The position numbers and the translations under genes are program-made. A stretch of DNA of 64,000 bases. It comes from an uncultured bacterium (lineage in GTDB: Bacteria > SAR324 > NAC60-12). The DNA is taken from positions 1 to 64,000 of the forward strand of contig CBFIJD010000009.1 of the NCBI GenBank assembly GCA_965662845.1, read 5' to 3'. Positions 10,277 to 18,480 of the stretch are shown here, in pieces; position 1 is the stretch's first letter, and each line of letters opens with the position of its first letter. The notes under the pieces are model-generated. The model made no database searches. It saw nothing but the letters and a program-made list of their open reading frames with translations, and was not told where the DNA came from.

Positions 10277-11482
10277 TTAGAGGCGGGTGAATTCGACGCG
10301 TCGGTTGAGACGCCACGCATCTTCTGTGCGGCCAGACTGCGCCGGCCGTTCTTCTCCAAAGCTCACGATGCTGAAGCGCTCTGGGCTTGCCCCCAAACGC
10401 TCCACCAGATATTGCATGACTGCGCGAGCGCGACGTTCGCCGAGAGCCAAATTGTACTCGTTGGTGCCTCGCTCATCACAATGACCTTCTAGCTGCACGC
10501 GGACGCCTGGATTTTCTTGGAGCCAGCGATAGTTTCGGCGCAAGCTTTCCTCATATTCGGATTTGATGGAGCTTTTGTCGAAGTCAAAGTAGACGACGGA
10601 GAGATCGCTGATTTGGTCAGATGCGCTCTCGCTAGGCGCTGGCAGCAGCTCGTATTGGCGCGCAGTCGCCACCCCATCCGTTGTGGTTTTGTTACGCATC
10701 GCGGCGATTTGATCTTCCAGCTTGGTGATTTCTTCTTCCGCCTCGGCCAGCAGCTCTTGTGCTCGTTGATATTCCAGCTCAGCAGCGGCGAGTTCTTGCT
10801 CAGCGGCGGCCCGCTCTTCCGGTGTCTTGGCATTTGCTAGGCGCTCTTGTGCTCGACGTAGGCGAGCTTCCGCGATCGCGGCTCGGCGTCGGGCTTCTTC
10901 GGCTTTGCTCGCTGCGATTTGCGCTTGTTCTTGTAGTCGTTCCGCTTCTTCCATTTGGCTAGCTGGAGCTTGTTCGACCATGATTTGGGTCTCTTCCGCG
11001 AGAGAGCGAGCTTCTTCTAAGGCGCTTTGCGCTTCTTGTGTCAAGGAACGCTCTGGCGGCTGCGCTACCTCTCGTTGCACGGCTTCTTCCGCTTGCCGGA
11101 CGGCTTCTTCCGCTTGTTTGACGGCGGCCTCTGCTGCGGTTAGTGAACGTTGGGCCTCTTCTCTCTCTGCCTCAGAGGTGGCGGAGTTGACCTTTGCTTC
11201 GGCAATGACCGTTTGGGTTTCTGCCACTTCCGCTTTTTCTTGCGCTTCACGCACTATTTCTGCGGTCTCTTCATCTTCTGTCGCGAGAGAGCGGGCCCGT
11301 TCGTTCACGTTCTCTGCTCGTTTAGAGACTTCTTGAGCTTCCTGAGCTTCCTGCTCTGATACCGCTTCGGTTTCGCTAATTTCTGCCTCTGGTGGGCGAG
11401 GATCCAATTCCTCTGTACAGCCCGCTCCTAAAAGAGAGCCGGCCACCAAGGCGATAGCTAACTTGATTTTCCAATCTTTCAT
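10277..11482 (-). CDS. pal: Pal-like peptidoglycan-associated lipoprotein with a long Ala/Glu-rich helical N-terminal region
   Basis: Lipobox LLGAGC (Cys22); C-terminal VYFDFDKS, EGHCDERGTNEYNLALGERRA, SFGEERP, NRRVEF; start at ATG 11482 after AGTAGG. Confidence 0.82.
   Translation of the reverse strand: MKDWKIKLAIALVAGSLLGAGCTEELDPRPPEAEISETEAVSEQEAQEAQEVSKRAENVNERARSLATEDEETAEIVREAQEKAEVAETQTVIAEAKVNSATSEAEREEAQRSLTAAEAAVKQAEEAVRQAEEAVQREVAQPPERSLTQEAQSALEEARSLAEETQIMVEQAPASQMEEAERLQEQAQIAASKAEEARRRAAIAEARLRRAQERLANAKTPEERAAAEQELAAAELEYQRAQELLAEAEEEITKLEDQIAAMRNKTTTDGVATARQYELLPAPSESASDQISDLSVVYFDFDKSSIKSEYEESLRRNYRWLQENPGVRVQLEGHCDERGTNEYNLALGERRARAVMQYLVERLGASPERFSIVSFGEERPAQSGRTEDAWRLNRRVEFTRL
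11079..11116. repeat. 17-bp direct repeat with 21-bp period inside the pal stalk
   Basis: ACGGCTTCTTCCGCTTG at 11079 and 11100, encoding QAEEAV twice one heptad apart. Confidence 0.75.
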
Positions 11483-11539
11483 TTTGCCTACTCCGCAAGT
11501 CATCGAGTTTAGTCTGCTCAGATTTTGCTTAAACCGGTC

Positions 11540-11568
11540 AAAGTATTCTTCGCTTACCTAATTGTCAA
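11540..11568 (-). promoter_or_regulatory. Putative sigma70 promoter of pal-tolQ-tolR
   Basis: TTGACA-N17-TACTTT on the minus strand, about 60 bp upstream of the ATG. Confidence 0.55.
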
Positions 11569-11773
11569 TTCAGGCTTGAACATAGATAAAGCAGCCTTTT
11601 CACCCTAGCTGCATTTTTGGGGCCAACTCGGATTTGTTGATCTGCAACCCGCGAGTCCGCGCGAGCAGACCGCCAGCAACTTCCTCTGAAACTTGCAAGA
11701 CTGGAGAGAAATTGCAAGTAAAGACGCAATTTATCAGAAAACAATTTCTTCACAACCATGACGAGAGACGCAG

Positions 11774-13780
11774 ATGCAACGCATGAAATTACAGGGCACC
11801 GACGGCGTGCGCGGGCCAATTCGCCGAGAGCTACCGGCAGGAGAGAGCCCAGTTCTGTGGTTTGTCGAGCACAACGAGCTGACTCCCGCATTTTTTGAGC
11901 ACTACACTTACACATTTTGCAGTCTTCTTGTCGAACGAAATATTGCGTCAGCGTCAAGTTTTGTGGTCGTCGGATGGGACGCACGCGATCAGGCTGGTGA
12001 TTTCAACGCGGCGGCGCTCCAAGGAGTGCAAAAAGCTGGGTTGCGGCCGGTCTCTGTTGGGATCCTTCCAACACCTGCGGTAGCGCTCTATGGCACGCAG
12101 ATCCGAGCCGCTGCGGCCATCGTATTGACCGCTTCTCACAATCCTGCAGACCAGAATGGCATCAAGCTCTTTCTGTCTCAGACAGGCCTGAAACTTCTGC
12201 CCGAAGATGACGTACGCTTCAGTCAACGTCTTTATGAAACACAGACACCAACGCGCGTAGGCGAGGTCGCGCCTGTCAGAGATGATTCACAACAAGCGCA
12301 GAAAGTTTTTTGTCAATTCCTCAAAGAAAACCTGCGCAGTGAACAGCCGTTGGACTTTTCCGCGGTTCGACTGTTGACGGACTCTGCCTTTGGTGCCTGT
12401 CAGACGATTCTGCCCCAGCTGTTGCCCGAGACCGCCTCGACTCAGCATTTGAATGCGTCTTGTGCAGAAGAAATCAATCATCACAGCGGCGTCGCAGACC
12501 TGGAAGGGCACTCGTGGCTCGGTTTGGATGAGTTGGCGCACGAACCTTGGAAGCACTATCCGTTGCTCCAACAACTCGCTGCGCATCTGCGGACAGGCGC
12601 CAAAGAATTGGGAGTGGGGTGGGTTTTTGATGGTGACGGTGACCGCTGCTTCATCGCATTGGCCGATCCGCATCAGCAAGGACTGCGCATCTTGAGCGGA
12701 GACTCCCTGATGCTTTTGCTCGCTTCACAAATGCCGCGTCTCAACCAACCCGCAAAGTTCTGCAATACAGTAGAGAGCGATCTGGAGGCGACGCGGTCGG
12801 CGCAGAAGCTCGGCTTCGACGTCAAGCAATGCGCTGTGGGCGATAAGTGGATTTTGTGGGAGGCGTTTGGCACGCAGCTGCAAGCGTGGTGCGCTGCTTG
12901 GGAAGAGAGTGGCGTGAACGCAGTGAACCAACAAATCGAGCACACACGAGCGACTTGGCACGCGCAGCAAGCCAGCGGAGCCGTCAGCGCCGTGGAAATG
13001 ACAATTTTGTGGCAAAAACTCCTCGAACAAGCGCAGGAACACAACCTCCCGACGCCCGCACATCACGGGCAATGGGCTGTGGGAGGAGAAGAGTCTGGGC
13101 ATTTGATTGTGCGCGGGTTGTGGCAGGGTCAGCCAGTGTTTTTAGGCAACGGACCACACACCGCTCTGCTCGTGACTCAGATTCTGCAGCAGTGGTGGTT
13201 AGACACCAGAGATGATTTTTTTCAGCGCGTACAAGAGGTCTCTCCTGCGGGCCTGCGACTTGGGATGCCCATCTACTATGTGCAGAAAGCAAAGCTGCAG
13301 GAAGAGGCTTTTCGCCAAGAGCTGCGAGCCATGTTGCAAGGAGCGGTGCTGCAAGAATTTGCAAATGGAACGATCACTTGGCTGGAACGAAGGGAGGACC
13401 CGGAGATGTTGCTCTTGCAACTCGAAGAGCAGGGATCGTTACAGATGTTGTTGTTTGTACGAAATTCAGGCACCGAAGACAAAATGTCGATATATGTCCA
13501 TGGTCGCCAGCAGCATCGACAACAGCTCACCAATCTTTTGCAGAAAGGCGCCGAGTTTTTGCTCCTGCGGGTCAAAAATTCGCAGTCTGACTGGGCTCAG
13601 TGGGAGGCGAGTTTGTTGAAGGCGCTACGCGGCAAGCTGGCGTCGTTGCCGTGGCCACAGGAGGCCGGAAAGCGGCGGCGCCTCCTGCACGAAGTCCGGA
13701 ACAAGCAGAAGCTCGTTGTCGGAGAAGAGGCGAACCTCGCGCTCACTCCTTTGGGAGAGAAATACGCCGCGAAGCTGTGA
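11774..13780 (+). CDS. Alpha-D-phosphohexomutase (GlmM/PMM-like), enlarged by insertions
   Basis: GTDGVRG, TASHNP phosphoserine loop, FDGDGDR metal loop, VGD, GGEESGH, RNSGTE; start may be 11783. Confidence 0.85.
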   Translation: MQRMKLQGTDGVRGPIRRELPAGESPVLWFVEHNELTPAFFEHYTYTFCSLLVERNIASASSFVVVGWDARDQAGDFNAAALQGVQKAGLRPVSVGILPTPAVALYGTQIRAAAAIVLTASHNPADQNGIKLFLSQTGLKLLPEDDVRFSQRLYETQTPTRVGEVAPVRDDSQQAQKVFCQFLKENLRSEQPLDFSAVRLLTDSAFGACQTILPQLLPETASTQHLNASCAEEINHHSGVADLEGHSWLGLDELAHEPWKHYPLLQQLAAHLRTGAKELGVGWVFDGDGDRCFIALADPHQQGLRILSGDSLMLLLASQMPRLNQPAKFCNTVESDLEATRSAQKLGFDVKQCAVGDKWILWEAFGTQLQAWCAAWEESGVNAVNQQIEHTRATWHAQQASGAVSAVEMTILWQKLLEQAQEHNLPTPAHHGQWAVGGEESGHLIVRGLWQGQPVFLGNGPHTALLVTQILQQWWLDTRDDFFQRVQEVSPAGLRLGMPIYYVQKAKLQEEAFRQELRAMLQGAVLQEFANGTITWLERREDPEMLLLQLEEQGSLQMLLFVRNSGTEDKMSIYVHGRQQHRQQLTNLLQKGAEFLLLRVKNSQSDWAQWEASLLKALRGKLASLPWPQEAGKRRRLLHEVRNKQKLVVGEEANLALTPLGEKYAAKL

Positions 13781-15415
13781 TCACAGAGATTTTGGCGAGT
13801 GACCCAACAATTGCCGTGGTTCTCGTCGAAATCCCTCTTGCTCTGGTTGATATCCCACAAAATGCGCGGCTTGCTGCACAGAAGCGGAGAGGGAGTGAGT
13901 CTGCTGCTCCAACTCTTCAGCGGTTGACGCCGTTTCTTCTGCGCTAGCTGCGTAGCCTGAGGTGGTTTGTTCGATCCCCACCATGGCTTGGTTCACTTGC
14001 CCGATCTGGTTGAGTTGCTGCTGCGCATCATTCTCTAATTGCTGCATAAGCTCGCGAATTTGCAGCACCCGCTCGGCTTGCTCTTGGATCGTATGAAAAA
14101 TGCTCGTGGTCGCCTCGGTCACTTGCTGTGATGTCTGCAAAATATCCTGAAAGGATTTCTCGCTGCGATCAGCCAAATTGACGCCAGTGGTGACTTTTTC
14201 TCCATTTTCCTTAATCAATTCAACAATTTGACGCGTCGCATTGCGGGTGTTCTCTGCTAAGTTGGCGACCTCTCCTGCCACCACCGCGAACCCTTTTCCG
14301 GCGTCTCCGGCTCGTGCGGCCTCGATCGATGCGTTGGTGGCGAGCATTTTGGTTTGATGAGTAATTGTCTCCATCACCCCAATCAACTCACGAATCTGTT
14401 CATTGCCTGTGTGGATCATCTTCACTTGCTCAGCGATGGAGCGCACATTGGCCATCCCTGTGTCAATCGTCTGGAGCGCTGCTTGTGAGGATTGCGCGAT
14501 CTGTTCCGCTTCTTGCGCAGCCGCATGCATCGCTTGCGTCGACGCATCCACCGCCGATCCTAGCGAGCGTGTTCCTGCCAAACCTTGCTCTAGCTGCTGG
14601 CGGATTTGTCCGATTGAGCTCGAGACCTCCTCCACATTTGCCGCCTGCGACCCCGCGCTATCGGAGAGCCCGGTCGAGGCAGAGGAAAGCTCACGAGATG
14701 CGCTCAGGAACTGATTTGCCGCCAGCATCACCGATTGCACCGTATCTTTGAGCATTTGCGCCATATTGCGGCCTAGCAGATAGGCAACCAGCAAGGCGAC
14801 TACGCTGATGATGACCGCGACGAAAAACAGCGCCCAACGCATTTCGCTCACCTCTGCTTCCACGTCATCCACGTACACTCCCGACCCAACAATCCAGCCC
14901 CAAGGTTGAAATTTTTGGACGTAAGAAATTTTGGGCTGAGGCTGCTCTTCTCCAGGCTTCGGCCAGAGATAGTCCACGTAGCCGGCGCCGCCGACACCAG
15001 AAGTCACCTGCACCATCTCCATGAACAGCGCCTTGCCGTCAGGGTCCGTGAGCCCGCTTAAATTCTTTCCGTTTAGAGACGGTTTGATCGGGTGCATAAT
15101 CATCACCGGCGTGCTGTCGTTGATCCAGAAGTACTGATCTTCTTGATAGCGCATTATCTCAAGCGCCGCTCGCGCCATCTGCTGTGCGGTCTCCTGTGAC
15201 AGGTCACCCTGCCGAGTTTGCTCGTGATACAGAGTGAGCATACTGGATGCGGTCTCGACAAGGCTGCGCATCTGAAGCCTGCGGCTGTCATAGAGTCGGT
15301 CTTCCAAGACCCGACTGGCATAAAAGGTCAAAATCAAAGCCAAGGGAATCGAAGCAATCAGGATCATGGTTAGAATTTGTGGCATCAGCGTGAAACGACT
15401 TTGCTTAGGAGACAT
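13781..15415 (-). CDS. Methyl-accepting chemotaxis protein with single-Cache (sCache_2-like) sensor
   Basis: Two TM helices flanking YFWIND..MIMHP..GYVDYLWPKPG..PKISYV..WGWIVGSGVY; hairpin tip LATNASIEAARAGDAGKGFAVVAGEV. Confidence 0.9.
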   Translation of the reverse strand: MSPKQSRFTLMPQILTMILIASIPLALILTFYASRVLEDRLYDSRRLQMRSLVETASSMLTLYHEQTRQGDLSQETAQQMARAALEIMRYQEDQYFWINDSTPVMIMHPIKPSLNGKNLSGLTDPDGKALFMEMVQVTSGVGGAGYVDYLWPKPGEEQPQPKISYVQKFQPWGWIVGSGVYVDDVEAEVSEMRWALFFVAVIISVVALLVAYLLGRNMAQMLKDTVQSVMLAANQFLSASRELSSASTGLSDSAGSQAANVEEVSSSIGQIRQQLEQGLAGTRSLGSAVDASTQAMHAAAQEAEQIAQSSQAALQTIDTGMANVRSIAEQVKMIHTGNEQIRELIGVMETITHQTKMLATNASIEAARAGDAGKGFAVVAGEVANLAENTRNATRQIVELIKENGEKVTTGVNLADRSEKSFQDILQTSQQVTEATTSIFHTIQEQAERVLQIRELMQQLENDAQQQLNQIGQVNQAMVGIEQTTSGYAASAEETASTAEELEQQTHSLSASVQQAAHFVGYQPEQEGFRREPRQLLGHSPKSL

Positions 15416-15447
15416 GCAGACCTTTTGAACAATGGATGACGTTTGTG

Positions 15448-16560
15448 TCAGCGCAGCGCAGGATAAATAAAACGAAATCGCACAACTAGGTGCGAATCTT
15501 CAAACGTTTTGGGCAATTCTGGTAATTGGGACGTGGCTAGGATGGCGTTTACCACTGATTCACTCATGAATTCGGAGGCGTTTTCGCGGCCTGTAACCTC
15601 AAATTCTTCTAGTTCTCCGGCGCGATTGAGCTTGACGGTCACGTAGACGATTCCACCTTGGGGAACCTGTCCTCGTATGTAATCTTCTGGAGGGTGACTG
15701 TTCCACGCATACCGCAAATGTCGGGCCCAGCGCCCCATATACGACTCATAAGGCCAGTTGTAGTTGCTCAGCTCAAAGAAGCCGTCTCCGCTGAAGTCTT
15801 GTCCCAATGGACTCCCCGTCGGCTGATTCTGTCGTCCGATTGCCACGGGTTCCTCCTGTTGCTTTCCTCCTACCGGCGCCTTGTCGGCAACATCAGCGGC
15901 AGCGCGGAGAAAGTAGCCTGCGGGCAACTCCTCTTGTGAACGAGCCGTTGTCTTTTCCTGCATTTGCTCTCCAATCGCGGCAACGCTCTCCTGTGTCTCA
16001 ATGGGGGCCGCGAGAGTTGGGGCTGCTTCTTGGCGTCTCTGGGCCTGTGCTGAGGTTGAACTTGTTGCCCCTGAAGATTCTTGTGAAAGGCGGCTTTCTC
16101 GTCTTGGTAAGTCTTTAGGGAGAGCGCGTGGCAGTGAAGCGCTAGGCAAGGGGACCATGCTGAGTTCGCTCTCTTGCTCTTGGATCAAGGACTCTAAATT
16201 CATCTTTTCAATGACCTGTTCTGGCGGCGAGGACTCGCTGGGCTTGGGAATAGACAGTGGAATGTCCTCTGGAACTTTCAAAGTCGGAGGCTCTACTTCG
16301 GGGGTTGGCTGTGGTGGTGTTCGGTCAAGGTTTAGGGGCTCATTAGGGAGTATGATCTGGGGGGTTGCCTCTGCGAGTGGAGGAAGTGTGACCAACTCTA
16401 ACTCGAGGTAGGGCTGAGAGGGTAGAGGCTGAGCCGTTGAGAACCAGTGGTCGGGGAGAGCAAAAAAAAACAGGAAATGTAGGAGTAGAGCAACGCTTCC
16501 GCCCAGCAGATCAGACTTCACTGAGAGCGCAAGCGGGGGATTCATGTCAGCCTTGGTCAA
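15448..16560 (-). CDS. TolA/TonB-like energy transducer (N-terminal TM, Pro/Ser/Glu linker, TonB-C-type domain)
   Basis: TM with S..LLH motif, low-complexity linker, C-terminal W..P..V.VTVKLNRAG..S..NAI..LPELP. Confidence 0.65.
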   Translation of the reverse strand: MTKADMNPPLALSVKSDLLGGSVALLLHFLFFFALPDHWFSTAQPLPSQPYLELELVTLPPLAEATPQIILPNEPLNLDRTPPQPTPEVEPPTLKVPEDIPLSIPKPSESSPPEQVIEKMNLESLIQEQESELSMVPLPSASLPRALPKDLPRRESRLSQESSGATSSTSAQAQRRQEAAPTLAAPIETQESVAAIGEQMQEKTTARSQEELPAGYFLRAAADVADKAPVGGKQQEEPVAIGRQNQPTGSPLGQDFSGDGFFELSNYNWPYESYMGRWARHLRYAWNSHPPEDYIRGQVPQGGIVYVTVKLNRAGELEEFEVTGRENASEFMSESVVNAILATSQLPELPKTFEDSHLVVRFRFIYPALR

Positions 16561-16825
16561 TCACTTTCGGAACCTTGAAGAAGCGGCCTTCCATATATGG
16601 GCTAAACTGCTCAGGAGACACCTTGGAAACCACGGCTGCATCCGGTCGTCCAATGCGCAACAAACTCTCGTCAGGAGCCGGAGCGCTCGCAGTGTGTGCT
16701 TGCTTCAGCTGTTCGAAGTGCTCCAAGATTTCGGAAAACTGGGTTGCAAACTCCTGAACTTCGGCGTCACTGAGCTCCAGCGCTGAGAGTTTAGCGATCT
16801 TTCGTACTTCTTCGGGACTAAACAT
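16547..16825 (-). CDS. gatC: Asp/Glu-tRNA amidotransferase subunit C
   Basis: EEVRKIAKLS.L, IL.HFEQL, C-terminal FFKVPKVI. Confidence 0.88.
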   Translation of the reverse strand: MFSPEEVRKIAKLSALELSDAEVQEFATQFSEILEHFEQLKQAHTASAPAPDESLLRIGRPDAAVVSKVSPEQFSPYMEGRFFKVPKVIDQG

Positions 16826-17315
16826 GGGCAGCGGACTCCTCTTTTTCGGCGAAAATAGGTTGTAGCATCAACTTGATTTCTGCTTGAGCGACCAATTTAT
16901 TGTCCACATGCGCTTTGCCATCTAAAATCCACAAACTTTGTCGGTTATTTTTGACGGTTGCCGTTAAATAGACTTGGTCTCCGGGGACCACCGGATAGCG
17001 GAACCGTGACTTCTCGATGCCCGCGAAAAAGACCAGTGACTGCTCGACAATTTCGGCTGGAGTAACCGAGTGAATCACCACGCCTCCGACTTGTGCCATT
17101 GCCTCCACCAGCATAACTCCTGGCATCACCGCCATGCGAGGGAAGTGCCCTTGGAAAACTTGCTCGTTAGCCGTCACATTTTTCAGGGCTTTGCAAGAGC
17201 GTCCGGGATCAAGTTCAAGCACTCGATCGATCAGCAGCAGAGGATAACGGTGTGGCAGGATCTTCTTGATTTCTTCGAGATTGAGCATGTGTGAAGTGAG
17301 AAAAGGTTGAGACAA
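16818..17315 (-). CDS. fabZ: 3-hydroxyacyl-ACP dehydratase
   Basis: LPHRYPLLLIDRV, KNVTANE, GHFP, MPGV..EAMAQ, FR.PVVPGD; start may be the internal ATG (MLNLEEI). Confidence 0.95.
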   Translation of the reverse strand: MSQPFLTSHMLNLEEIKKILPHRYPLLLIDRVLELDPGRSCKALKNVTANEQVFQGHFPRMAVMPGVMLVEAMAQVGGVVIHSVTPAEIVEQSLVFFAGIEKSRFRYPVVPGDQVYLTATVKNNRQSLWILDGKAHVDNKLVAQAEIKLMLQPIFAEKEESAAHV

Positions 17316-17333
17316 GGCGGGGCGCTTGGAGAT

Positions 17334-17849
17334 TCACTCGGGGTCTTGCTTGAGGGCGTTGTAGCGGTCAATCACCTGCTGCGTTAAATCTTCGGTGTCT
17401 TCTTTCATATACAGAATTACTTGAGCTGCATTCTTTTCGAGCACCAAATCAAACTCGTTGCGCTGAGAAACCGCGCGAATCACAGTTTTCAATTCTTGAA
17501 AAATGCCTTCTGTGAGCTGCCGTTCTTCGAGGCGCAGCTCTTGTTCAAACTGTCGAACCTGCGCTCGGAGCTGCTGCTGCCGCTCTTGAAGTTCGCGCTC
17601 TTTGTCGCGTTTCGCTTGCGGCGTGAGCAGTGGGTTGTTCCGCAGATCTTCCGCCAATTTCATGAGTTCTTCTTCTTCTATCTTAAACTCTTGCTGCTTC
17701 TGGCGGCCTCTATTTTCCAGCAAGTTTTTGGAGCGGATGCCTTCTTCTGATTCATTGAGCGCGCGGTTGAGATCAACGACACCAATCTGCAAGGCGAAGG
17801 CTGGGAAACTGAAGCAAAGGAAGCTGCTTAGAAGAATTAGATAACGCAT
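17334..17849 (-). CDS. skp: OmpH/Skp periplasmic chaperone
   Basis: Signal peptide, IGVVDL..AL..S, coiled coil, FDLVL, DLT..VI; start moved to ATG 17849. Confidence 0.85.
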   Translation of the reverse strand: MRYLILLSSFLCFSFPAFALQIGVVDLNRALNESEEGIRSKNLLENRGRQKQQEFKIEEEELMKLAEDLRNNPLLTPQAKRDKERELQERQQQLRAQVRQFEQELRLEERQLTEGIFQELKTVIRAVSQRNEFDLVLEKNAAQVILYMKEDTEDLTQQVIDRYNALKQDPE

Positions 17850-17955
17850 GGGGAGAGCTTTGATTGCGAGGATGGCAAAGGGCAGAGATTTCAAAAAAGA
17901 GTGGGACGCTAGCACAAGCGACGGCAACCTGCACGCGAAAAGTAGAGCGATTGCG

Positions 17956-18426
17956 TTATTGTATGCACTTGTCTAGGGAGCCTTCGCCACAGACGATGCC
18001 GTTTGTCCAGATGGCTTCATCAAAAACGGTTCCGCGTGTGCGAATGTTCTCAAGGTTGGCGCCTGTCAAGTCCGCCTGATAGAAAATGGCTCCATTTAAT
18101 TTGGCTCGGCTGAGGTTTGTCCCTCGTAGATTTGCGCCGCGCAGGTCTGCTTTCTTCAAATTGCTCAACGCGAGATTGGTCTCGCTCAAGTCGGCGTCTT
18201 TCAGGTTCGCTTTGTAGAAGTTTGCCTTAAACAAGTTGGACTTGCGAAAGTTCGCGCCTTCTAATTCCATTTTTGAGAATTTTGCCCGAGTTAAGCCGCA
18301 TTGCTCACAAATCTTCTCTTTTTTTGCGCGCTGAAAATCTTCTTTGTCGTAGGCCCAACTTGACGTCGCCAAAACAAAGCTCCATCCAGCGAGAAAACTT
18401 CCTCTCAGTAACCAGCCTAGCGACAT
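17956..18426 (-). CDS. Exported pentapeptide-repeat protein
   Basis: Signal peptide then tandem A(N/D)(L/F)xx repeats, Cys pairs at both ends. Confidence 0.9.
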   Translation of the reverse strand: MSLGWLLRGSFLAGWSFVLATSSWAYDKEDFQRAKKEKICEQCGLTRAKFSKMELEGANFRKSNLFKANFYKANLKDADLSETNLALSNLKKADLRGANLRGTNLSRAKLNGAIFYQADLTGANLENIRTRGTVFDEAIWTNGIVCGEGSLDKCIQ

Positions 18427-18480
18427 ACTTCCTCTATGATAAGTTGGAGGATGTGAAATTGTTGCGATCTACGGTTCTTC

